Shown here one piece after another: positions 37,501-49,500 of a stretch of 56,083 nt of DNA. This stretch comes from Elusimicrobiota bacterium (GTDB lineage Bacteria > CG03 > SLGR01 > JBDRKX01). The stretch is taken from the NCBI GenBank assembly GCA_043813605.1, contig JBDRKX010000102.1:1-56083 (forward strand), in the 5' to 3' direction. The translations under genes were made by a program, and so were the position numbers. The notes under the pieces were generated by a model. It did no database searches. It was not told where the DNA came from and saw only the letters and a program-made list of their open reading frames with translations. Positions within the stretch are counted from its first letter, which is position 1, and each line of letters begins with the position of its first letter.

Positions 37501-40500
37501 TCAACCCATGTGTACATGTTCTGATGCATGGCAAGGTTAACAGCTGTGTCCCCGAGTGGTACATCGCCGTTCCTTAATCTACTGTCAAAACCCTGTGCCC
37601 ATGAAGAAAAACTGTTTTCCAGAACGCCTATTGCAGCCTGCGCCCTTACAAGCAATTTGAAATTATTGGAATTCCGGCCCGCATCAAAAGCATCCGTGAG
37701 CATTTTTGTAGTTATCTTATCCGAAGCCATGCCGGCATCCACAGAATTCTGGAGATAATCAACCCATTTATCACCCTTTATACGGCTCTTCTGTCCAAAA
37801 CTGGATATCTCCGTCCTTCTAAGATCGGCTCCCTGGAAATAAGCTGCGAGCATCGACCTGTCTGTTTCGCTGAGACGATTCATTACGTCTATCATCTCGT
37901 TATCCGTTGCCCGCCTGGTATCAAGGGTCTGCTTATTTAATCCGTCCGTTGCTATTTCCGTAACGACTTCGCGTTTTACTATCCAGTTAAGAGCCGTTCC
38001 GGACATATCTTTTTCTCCGCTCTTTACTTCTTCAACTTTATATGTTATCTGTTCAAGCGCGCCGAAATCAGATGTTTTTATTGTAAGACTAGCTATCTCA
38101 CCAGGACCACGAAGAACCCTGTTTACATCCATTATCCTGTCGACCTTAAGGTTGTTATCCTTCACACTGAACTCTACATAATTACCCTTCTTATTAAACA
38201 CCCACCCGTCCTGACCGCCTTTAACAGTGGCTCTTATCTTTCCGTTAACATAACTCAACTCCATGTCATCGGTTATCGGACAGTTCTTGTTCAGGTAATT
38301 GCCTTTACTGTCAAGTATCACCTGGCCGAATTTTACGGCACGGTTTGCATCGTCTTTATGCCTGTATATTTTAAAACCGCTGTCACCCATTTTCGCCGTG
38401 GCATCTGCATCCAGCTTAAACGCATCCATGTCAATGGAAACCTTTACGGTTTTTGAATTATACGTAAGACCTTCTTTATTCTTGATCGCGTTGCCCTTGG
38501 CATCATACAGGTAGGTATTCTCAACAGTGAGCATAAGATCGTTCTTGGAATATGTCATCCTTACCATATTGACCTGTCCATCCGATCTGTACTTATACTC
38601 TGTCTGCAGCTCTTTATATTTAACCAAGCCGTCAACCCTGTAATTAGTATCGTTTGTTACCTGCAGTTTAAGTACCTGGCTGGTACTTCCGTCCTTGTTC
38701 GTTACAGTGATAACCTGGGATCTTTCGGAATGTGAATCGGAAGAATTCAGTACTTTCCTGTTCTCGCCGTTCAGGCCTTCAGTAAACACGCTGTATCCCG
38801 AGTTTTTAACGGTATTTTTAACCGCTACAACATTACCGGATTTATCAACAGTATAATCCGCATTGATCTCGACAGCTTTAAGGTTCCCCTTACCGTCATA
38901 AAAGTAGTTTGCGTTCCTGATATCATAGTGCTTGCCGATCCTCTCTCCATTCGAAACGGTCCATTCGTCATATCCTTTATCTTTAGTGCTTATTACTTTC
39001 AGTTCTCCGTTTACGAGTCCAAGAGTTTCTTTATGACTGTCAATGTTCCTCCCTGCTATTTCCTTCTCTGTTCCTGATGTCATATCATAAGTGCGGCTCT
39101 CATATCCGGATCCCTCTATGACAACCCTCAACCCGCCTTTGTAACTGTACTTTGCAGTTCTTGTGTCATAATGCTCCGTTGATTTTATCTGTTGTCCGTC
39201 CATGGTCCTGAAAGCAACAGCATTATAATTTTTATCGTATGTTCCTGTGATTTTGACCTCGCCATCTACAAGCCGCCATGTTTCTTTATGCACTTCTGCG
39301 GTTTTTCTGCCCGCCAGTATCGGATTATCCGGGTTAGTAGCTATATCGTAAGTATCGCTCTGGAATCCCGTGCCGTTGATATTTTTTCCAACCAGATTAC
39401 CTTTATCATCATATTTGAAATCAGTAGTCTTTACAGCGTAATGATCATTTGTCATATTAGCGCCGGACTTATCCTGAGCCCAGGTGTCACAGTTATGTTC
39501 GACCGCTTTAACCAGCTTGAACTGGCCATCCATCATCTGCCAGTTTTCTGCCCGGGACTTGGCGGCACTTCCGTTAATATCCGTAAAATCACCGCCATCG
39601 ACTGCAACACTTGTTTTGGTGTTGTACCCGTCTCCGGTTACAGTCATTATCTTGTTACCTGAAGCGTCAACACCATAGACAGCTTTTCTTTCATCCCAAT
39701 GCTGGGTAGACTTCATCATCATCGCTGCGCCTGTTACGGTGTCTATTTCTGTCTTCTCAGTCACCACGTTGTAATTGGAATCCTTTCTGCTCACCAATGT
39801 GATATTGCCCGCTTTATCCACCGTAAAGGTCTCTATATGTTTATCCGAAGTAGTAAGCGCTTTTATCACATCATCACTTGAACGCGAAATATAATTGTCA
39901 CTGGTTACGGTTATTCCTGTCATTTTTCCGTTAGAATCGTATGCGTAATCAGCGATCCTGCCGGCTGAATCCTCGGTTACTTTGTTTCCCTCTACGAGTC
40001 TCCAGGATTCATAGTTTGTATCTGTTGTCTTGACAAGGTTAAGCTGGCCGCCCCTCATACCCAAGACCTGTTCGTGCATATCAGAATGTTTATACGAAGT
40101 CTGGGTACCTGCAGAATCGAAACCTTTAAGTTCCCAGTTATCCCCGCTGATAACACTTGCAAGAAGATTTCCTTTAGCGTCATAGGTATTATTCACGCTC
40201 CTCGATGAATATGTCTCAAGTGTAGTTGTGCCGGTTTCGGAATTAAGTTTCCAGTTAGAGTAATTATCCATTGTCGTCTCTTGAGATTTATATACGCCAT
40301 TGCTTTGAATTACCTGCCGGTCTTTATAATTATCTCCTTTGACAGTATTAGTGACAGTCCCGTCCAGCGTAACGGTTTTCTCAAAAAGATCCGCTGTAAT
40401 GGTCTTATTTATACCATCCACCGCTTCACTCATGTTCGTGTACCTGTCAACTTCAGTTTGTCTCGTATTGAACTGACTGCTGATATTGGTCGGATCAGCA

Positions 40501-43500
40501 TATGTGCCGTATTCAGTTTCAAATATTGTCACATTCCCTTCGACTCTCTTGGCTTGCACGATCTTATTATCTGTATATGCGCTGCTCGTCACATAGGATC
40601 CTGTCAGGTGTTTCAGGTCGGTAAAAGTCACATTATTACATATCTGCTGGCTGCCGTCCGCATTTATCTGCATAAATGAATTCAATGCAGCATTAGATGA
40701 AGAGTACTTAGCTGTCTGGAACCCTCTTATATATTCATTTGAAATATATTTTTCCCCGTTAAACACCATAAGAGAATCATCTCCGGACTGTCCGGTCGCA
40801 TTAAGGGTTCTCACTCCATGCTCAAGTATCTCCTGGGCTTTCAGTATATGAGGATTATCTTTAGGCATACCTGTTCCCGTTGATTCAGCTTTAACAGGCA
40901 CGCCGTTAGCATCATATTCATAGACAAATCCGACTTCAACTATTGTTTTTACCTGATCGCTGCCGTATGTATATGACTCTACCTGGAAATGCGTCCATAC
41001 ATCATCTTCATTTGCAAAAACAGTATTGATATTGTAGCCTTCTTCAAAATAGTCGAATGTGGATACGCTCTCTCTGCCTGTTATCTGTTTGCCTATAAGA
41101 GTGAATTCTACTCCTCCCCTGTTATAAACAGTATCGCCCTCGGCGGCTGTTACTCTGAATGTGGTACTCTGTACCGCGCGGCCGCCGACATGTTCTTCTA
41201 TCGTTACATACTCATTCTGATTAACGCCAACATTATGAAAGACATAGGTCTCTTTAGTACCGTCTATCACATGAGCTAATGTTGTGGATTGGAGCCATTT
41301 ACCCGGATTTACCGGACCCATAGCGGCGGCATTAATCAGGGCATTCGGATCTTCAAATCCGCCCATTATGGCAAGCGTCTCGGAATCACTTAATGTACGC
41401 TGGCCAAGAGTTGCATTGGCAGAAAGCACCATAAACTTGTCAGCCGAATTGAAACCAGCGACTCCTCCCTGTCCGTTTCCTCCGACGACATAATGACCTA
41501 TCCCGTCTTCACCCGAAAGATATACTATTGCAGAATTACCCGACCCTATATAGTTGTTCAGGTCACTTGAACTCACTTCTGCTGCATGCAGTGTAAGTCC
41601 GTACTGTTTAGCTGTTGTCTGGATAGCAAACATGGATGTCGCCAGGACATCACCGCTCTGTTCAAATACTCCTTCATTCAGTGATCCGGTCATTATATCT
41701 ATGAGAAGAGTCGTGGTAGCCAGACCTGACTTCGTATGGGCTATACCCTGCTGAGTCAGAATATTGCTGAGAGCATCTGCAGCGCAGTTCATGACCTCCT
41801 GTGTTGCGCTGACAAGCTTGATCATATGATTAAGATTCTGCTGCGTAAGGGCTATTATCGGATTTTCGTCCGGGTTAAGTCCTATTTTAATAAGCATTTC
41901 ACGCTGTTCAGCTGCTGTTGCAGTCATATATTTCTGACCCCAGAGCATGACATTTGACAGAGTTTTGGCTCTTGTTGTACTCAGGTCCAATGCCTCTTCA
42001 ACAGTCAATGCACCCGTCTTTACAAGATAAGCCTTTTCCGGATCTACCTGGATATCACCATAATAGAGTCCTGATTCGGTCTTACTGTAAACTCCGTCAG
42101 TACCGTACACAGAACATACTTTGATCTGCCCGTCGCTCGTATAATCGCCGGCAGTATATCTGCCTGACGCAAGATCACCGGTCAGTCCGGTATCCTTTGT
42201 ATAAATATGCCCTATACCTGTTTTCTCATCTCTGAAGATTGAAGTCATATCACCGGAACTGTTATAGCCTTTATCAAGCATACCTTTGACAAGACCGGCC
42301 TGGGCATCCTCTCTATAAGAACCGGTAACAGTCTTATCCAGTATACCGTCATTAACCGCTATTCTGCTGATTACTGCAGTACCGGCACCCTGCTGGCCGG
42401 CGACAACAGTATCATAGTATCCGTCCGCTTTGCCGGTCACACCTTCTGACATTGTAACAGCCCATACATTCACATCGGCATCCGCCTGCGCTTCCTCTAC
42501 GAATAACAGTCCGGAATCAGTATTCAGCAGACTTCCTTTGACCATTTCACCGGTTATCTGCGCGTATGTTCCCGTCAGTTTTTGAACTACAATTCCATCG
42601 GAGCCCACGGCTATTCTATTGATCACCGTAGAACCCCCTACACCGGCGACAACAGAATCGTAGGTACCGGCGGCAAGCCCCTGTATACCGTCTGCTGTTG
42701 TTAATGTCCATGCCAGTTGGTTTATTCCGGCCTGTTTCTCGCTCATGAAAAGCATACCTGCATCAGTATTAACCAGATCCCCTTTTATAAATAATTCTTC
42801 CTTTATATTTGCATAAGTTCCTGAGAGTTTATTATCTAACACAGCTCCACCGGTTACAATGATCCTGTTAACGACCTCAGTACCCAGAACTCCGGCTATA
42901 ATAGTGTCATAATTACCTGCAGATGCAGCGCCGGTTATTCCATTACTCTTAGTCGATGACCATACAAGCTGATCGACACCGACCTGTTTGTCATCAATAA
43001 AGATCATTCCGGAATCAGTATTAAGCAATGTTCCCTTGACCATTCCGGCATGAGCGTCTTCTCTGTACATCCCGGATAGCGCTGACACATACTTGCTGTT
43101 CTCATCAACCGCGATCCTCTGTATGACAGATGTACCGGCAATCTGACTATCATAGCTGCCCGCCTCAGCCAATCCTGTTATACCCTTGTTCCTGTCTACT
43201 GACCAAACCATACCCGCTTCATCATCAATAAAGAGCATTCCGGAATCAATATTGATTACTTTACCCTTCACATAACCGGCTGTTGCATCTTCTCTGTAAA
43301 CGCCGGATCTTTTTGTATCATATACCCCGTCCTCAAGAACAGATACTTTTTCAAATACAGAAGCGCCGCTCTTGCCGACAATATTCCTTATGTAATCGCC
43401 TTGTTCAGCCAGTCCGTCTATCCCTTTATCTTTGCTAACTGACCATACAAGCTGTTCTGTTCCCGACTGTTTTTCATCGACAAACAGCATTCCTGAATCG

Positions 43501-46500
43501 GTATTTATTACGTTTCCTTTTACCTGGCCCGCTGTTGAATCCTCTCTGTAAATACCTGATCTTGTTGTACTGAGAGCCCCGTTATTCATCACAGCGATCT
43601 TCTCAAATACTGACGAGCCGCTCACTCCCACAATAGTCCTTATATATTCTCCTTCTGCTGCTACACTTCCTAACCCGTCTTCCATACTCATGTTATGTAC
43701 CAGCCGGCCGGCTGGTGTCGATTCTTCATCCACAAAGAGCATTCCGGTATCCATATCGGCTATTCTTCCTTTTACCCAATTACCTTCCTCGGCTTGTCTG
43801 TAGAATCCCGCAGTATTCTGTCTGAGTACGCCATTATCATATGTAGATATATAGCTGACATTATTGGTTATCCCTTTTGTATAAGTACCGGAAGCTAATC
43901 CGACAATACTTCCATCTTTGATCTCATATCCAAGAGAATCAGAAGTACTCATAAATACGAATGTTTCCCCGCTATAATCTCCTTTAAGACCGCCGTCCGC
44001 ATCAAACACGGCATTTGTCTCCACATACCTCGTTTTGTCTATTGTTACTATCCTGGAATTCATCCTGGGGTCAGAAACATCATATGTGAGCTGGCCGTCT
44101 TCCGAAACAACTACATTGTCCGTAGTCCTTGTTACGCCTGATGAATCCGTATATGACGCTCTCATATCTGAGATGTCGGCTTTCAGGTCAAAAGCATTTG
44201 ATCCGTCAATATTGCTTGCCGTATATGTTATGCCCTTGCTATCAGTCCAGGAATAACTTCCTTTAGCTATCTGATTGTAAGCACCGGCAAGAGAACTGAC
44301 CGCTGAACCGCCCGCACTCAAGAACACTTCACCCCAGTCCATCTCTTCTTTCAAACCGAAACTTACATTTAAGGCTCCACTAACAGCGCCCGTCAATACG
44401 GAGGTGCAGAAATCCGCTGCTGCCTGTGAATATATGACACTATTGATGTTAACAGTACCATCTGTAACACCGGGACTTGTCGCTCCGAAAGCATCTGCCA
44501 TTGCAGGCTGTATTACTGCAGTCAAGCCGGCGGTTATCCCACCGATTGCTCCGGCTTTAAGAGCCATGCCGAAATCTATACCGTCACCTGATATAGCCTG
44601 CCTTACAAGGCTCATCCCTGTACTGGTAACAAATCCGGCTACTACCGCTCCTAGTATTCCTCCGCCAACCGCATCTGATATTGACGAGGATATCCCACCC
44701 AGCGGGCTGAATCCAGCCAGACTGCAGACTCCCATTGCCGCGCCCAGTATATCGCCGCTCTGTACTGCATTAACTATACTGTATACTTTATAAGCCGCAC
44801 TAACTACATTGTATATTGTACCAAGCGTACCAGTACTGAATGCGCCAGTTACCGGAGCCAGCGCGCTGGTTATAGGAGCTGTCACTGCAGATACCGCAGA
44901 ACTGACAGCTGTTATTGCTGAACCCACCGCTGCTATAGCATATCCAGCTGCGAAAACTACCGCTCCAGCCGCTGCTACAACAGCTCCAGCTGCTATACAG
45001 GCAATGCCTCCAACTATTCCCGCTATACCGCCGGCAGCTAATAATCCAGCCCCGGTAGCCATAAGAGCAGTACCGGCAGCCATTATAGCGCTTCCAGCAG
45101 CCGCTATCGCTGTTCCTACCGATGTTAAAACACTTCCAACGGTAACAGCTGTTGCTGCTGATGCTGCTGCTGTTGCCGCGGCGCCGGCTCCTACTACTGC
45201 AGGAGTAGCCGCGCCCCAGGTAACCACTATTACTACAATTGCTATCACAACAAGGCAAACGATTCCAAGTATGTTACGGGCGCCCATTGTTTCCTGGGCT
45301 TCCTGCTCGGACATATCCTGACCGATAGATTCTTCAGAAAGGACTTTTATATTTGCGCCCGCGCGGTTCTGGAACTCATCTTCGGTCATCGTCTTTTTCT
45401 GACCGTCGGAGTCTGTGTATGATACTATCCCGTTATCTATACCAGTGATCGTGATATAATGGTCCCCGTCAACATGAACGATCAGTGAATTACCCTCGTT
45501 TATGTAGTTCTTCAGATCAGTAAAATTAGTAACATTCGCATGCAGTTCAATACCGTATTTAGTGCTCGCGACTTTCTGTATCGCGAACATAGAAGTCTCC
45601 AACTGGTTACCGCTCGCAAGATCATCCAGAGTGACCGAACCGGTAAGCAGGTCGATGAGAAGAGCATTGGTCGCTATTTCCTGTTTATCACCGGTTATAC
45701 CGAGCTGAGAAAGCAGATTGACAAGGGCTTCTACAGCACAGTTTATAGCGCCTATAGTAGAATTCATAAGATCCATAAGCGCGTTAATGGTCTCAATAGC
45801 GATATTTAATGAGATATCATCAGTATCCAGGCCCAGGGCGGCAAGCATCTCGGTTTTTCTCTCATCACTCGCTCCCATGTATTCAAGCAGCCAGTTGATT
45901 ATCCCCTGTATCACCTCTGCATCAGCAGTCTCCGCTGCCGGCATATCTATGTTCAACGCAGCAGCCATAAGATCCACAAGTTCCTGTCCCGCTATTTCGC
46001 TGTTCTCTGCTACAGCGGATACGAGTTCAGCAAGTTCCTCATCAGCCATTTCCGCTGATGCTGCTACCGCTGATATCAGGGCGCCCATATCCTCAACTGT
46101 CATATTCTGCTCAGCAGCGACCGCTGAAATAAGCTCTGCAAGCTGGGCTGTTTCGAGTTCGAGGCCGGCAAGTACTTCAGCCAGTTCTTCGGTTTCAAGC
46201 CCGAGAGCATTTATAAGATCCGCGAGTTCTTCTGTTTCAAGTCCGAGCCCGTTGATAAGCTCAGATGTTTCTTCACTGTTCAACCCCAGTTCTTCAATTA
46301 CTGCCGCCATTTCATCCGAACTTAATCCCTGGCTCTTGAGGTACTCAGCAAGTTCTTCGCCTTCAAGGCCTTCTTCTTCTATATGTTTAATTATCTCTTC
46401 TTTCTCTTTTTCGGCTTCTTTCACACCCTCAAGTTCTTCCGTGACGGTTTTATCCCCCGGCTCTGAGGTCTGTCCCGTTGTAGTTGTCACTTCTTCAGAA

Positions 46501-49500
46501 GAAATGCCAAGTTGACTCCTGATATCTTCTTTTTCTGATTCTTCAATATCAAGATTGCTTATTATCTCTTCCTTATCTTCTTCCTCAGCATCCATTTTTG
46601 ATAAGACAGAAACGAGCTCATCTTTCTCAAGTTCAAGGTTATCCAGAAGCTCCGCTTTTTCTTCGTTCTCAAGATCAAGACTGCTTACGACCTCGGCAAG
46701 AGATTCATCGTCCATATCAAGCCCGTATACAAGATCAGCCAGCATCCCGCTGTCAAGTTCAAGCCCGTCTATCAGTTTCGCGAGGTCTTCCGATTCGAGC
46801 CCGAGTTTATCGATGAGTTCTATCATATCATCCATGAACATTCCCATGCCTTTTATTATTTCAGCAAGTTCTTTAGCTTCAAGCCCGAGGCCTTTCAGCA
46901 TATCGGAAAGTTCATCACCTTTTAATCCGAGCGCTATAAGCAGCGCTGTAAGTGTTTCTACGTTCAGACCAAGGCTCTTCAGATACTCAATAAGCTCATC
47001 GCCTTTAAGTCCTTTCTTCCTGACATCAGCCATTATTGAATTAACTCTACTATTTACAGCAGCACTGAACGTCCTCTGCTCGTGTACTTCGTAATGAGTG
47101 TCACGGCGCTCAGGTCTTTCCTGAGTTACCTGCTGCTGAGTAGTCTGCCGGGCCGTGGTATCCCCGCCGCCGTCATAACTCTGCTGAGGCGGCCATACAA
47201 GGTTGCCGTCTTTATAATATTTTCCGCTTACAGGTTCAGGGTCTTTTGCATTTCCATTACTGTCATATGTATATTTCATTACAAAATTTTCGAATTTTTC
47301 ACTTGAAATGACTTTACCTTTAGAATCTGTAGTTTTAATAGTACCGTTAAGCTTTTCTGTGTCTACTTTTCCAATTTCATTGTATGTGTAATCTTTACGC
47401 AGATCATACGTTGTTGTCTTGCCGTTCTCTGTAACTGCACCGGAGATTATCACATATGCCGGTTCCTCGGAATCGCCTTCATATCCGAATTCCTGCTTAA
47501 AATTATTATATTCCTGAACTGTTTCTTTACCGTCTTTTGTTTCAATAAATTTCCCATCTATTACTTCAAGAGTTTTCCTGCCCTGTGCGTCATAAGCGTA
47601 TTCTTTCGAGAATCCGTCAAACTCCATCTTAACACCGTCTTCGACTGCTGTGCCATTTCGGGTTTCTTTTAATACATTACCTTCAGCATCACGAACATAT
47701 TCAACTGTATAATCAGTATACTCGCTCTTGGTTGTCTTCCCGTTCTCTGTCTGAGTAAGCTTGCCGTTAAGAGTCTCTTTTATAACATTCCCGTCAGCGT
47801 CCTTGACCGTCTCCTGCTCGAAATCCTCGAATTTCTTGGTCACGCCGTCTTCTATTGCCGTGCCATTCCTTTTTTCTTTTGTAATATTGCCATCTGCGTC
47901 TCTTGTATACTCGACACTGTAACCAGTATATTCCGATACCTTTTCAGTACCGTCAGCGTCTATCTGGGTAAGTTTACCGTTAAGCGTCTCTTTCGTAACA
48001 TTACCGTCGGCGTCCTTCACCGTCTCCTGCTCGAAATCCTCGAATTTCATGGTCACGCCGTATTCGACTGCTATGCCGTTCCTGGTTTCTTTGGTTATAT
48101 TCCCCTCACTGTCATACTCGAACTCAACGGTAAAATCAGTGTATTCTCTTGTACCGTCAGCATCTACCATTGTTCCATTACGGGTTTCTTTTATGACATT
48201 CCCTTCAGAATCATACGCGAATTCCTGCACGAACTCCGTATACTCCATTTCTACGCCGTCTTGTATTATAATCCCGCCGGACACCTGTTTGATGACTCTG
48301 CCTTCCGAATCATACGTATAATCAATTGAATAATCCGTGTATTCCCTGACAACGGTTTTACCGTCTTTGGTCTCTGTTATTTTACCCGACATCACTTCAC
48401 TCGTAACTCTTCCTTCAGAATCGACTACCGCCTGCTTGGCATAATTATCAAACACCATTGTCGTACCGTTTTCTATCGCGGTACCGTTTCTGGTTTCTTT
48501 AATAACATTTCCATCAGCATCGAGTTCGTAATCGACAGTATAATCACTGTACTCAGAGACAGATGTTTCCCCGTCCTGAGTTTGAGTCATTTTGCCGTTC
48601 ATAACTTCTTTTATAACATTCCCGTTGGCATCTTTGACTGTTTCCTGGCTGAAATTCTCAAATACCATGTGCGCGCCCTGTTCAGTTGCCTCGCCGTTTC
48701 TTATCTCTTTGATCACATTCCCGTTGGCATCATAGACTTTTTCAACACTGAAATTATTATATGTCCTTACATCCTGTACTCCGTCTTTTGTAATTGTTAT
48801 CGTACCGTTTCTGGTTTCAGTTTGAACTTTACCGTCAGATGTATAGGTCATATCCATCTTGAAATTGCTGAAAACCTGTGTTTCTGTGGATTCACCTTCT
48901 TCAGTTACTTTAAGGGTTCCGTTCAGGGTCTGCTGACTAACTTTTCCGGCAGAGTCATACTGACAATCAAGTGTATAATCAATGTATTCATTTGTTGTTA
49001 CATTACCGGCATTATCAGTGACTATCATAATACCGTTCTGAACGGATTGTGTTACCCGCATCGGATCGGTACTTGTATCATACGTGTTATCAATAGTAAA
49101 ATTATCATACTCCCGGTATGAAGTGGTTCCGTCATCATTTGTTACTTCTACCTTTCCGTTCTTTACTATAGTGGCTTTATCTTCACCTTCAGTTGTAACG
49201 GTCTCGGTATACCCGTCCATAGCTGTCTCGGTCGGATCTGATGAATCAGTTGATGTTGTTGTATCACCTGTTGTGCCGGTTGTCGGCGGAGTTACAGCGG
49301 TACCTCCGTCATAACCGGAACTACCCATTATTTTTTTCATTTGCGCAACCGATAATTTATTAGTCACAGTTTTATTAGCAAGAATTTTCACTTTTCCGTT
49401 TTTAATAAGCCTCTGCGAACTCATGGTCTTTGTTGTTCCGTCTGAATCTATATATGTAGCGGTATCTCCTATGATATCTGTTATTACTACATAGTGGTCA

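Noticed and set aside
47150-49230. A canonical Rhs/YD polymorphic toxin with a C-terminal toxin tip
   Set aside because: I recognised no RHS-associated core or cleavage motif after the YD block. The block is internal and is followed by other repeat families.
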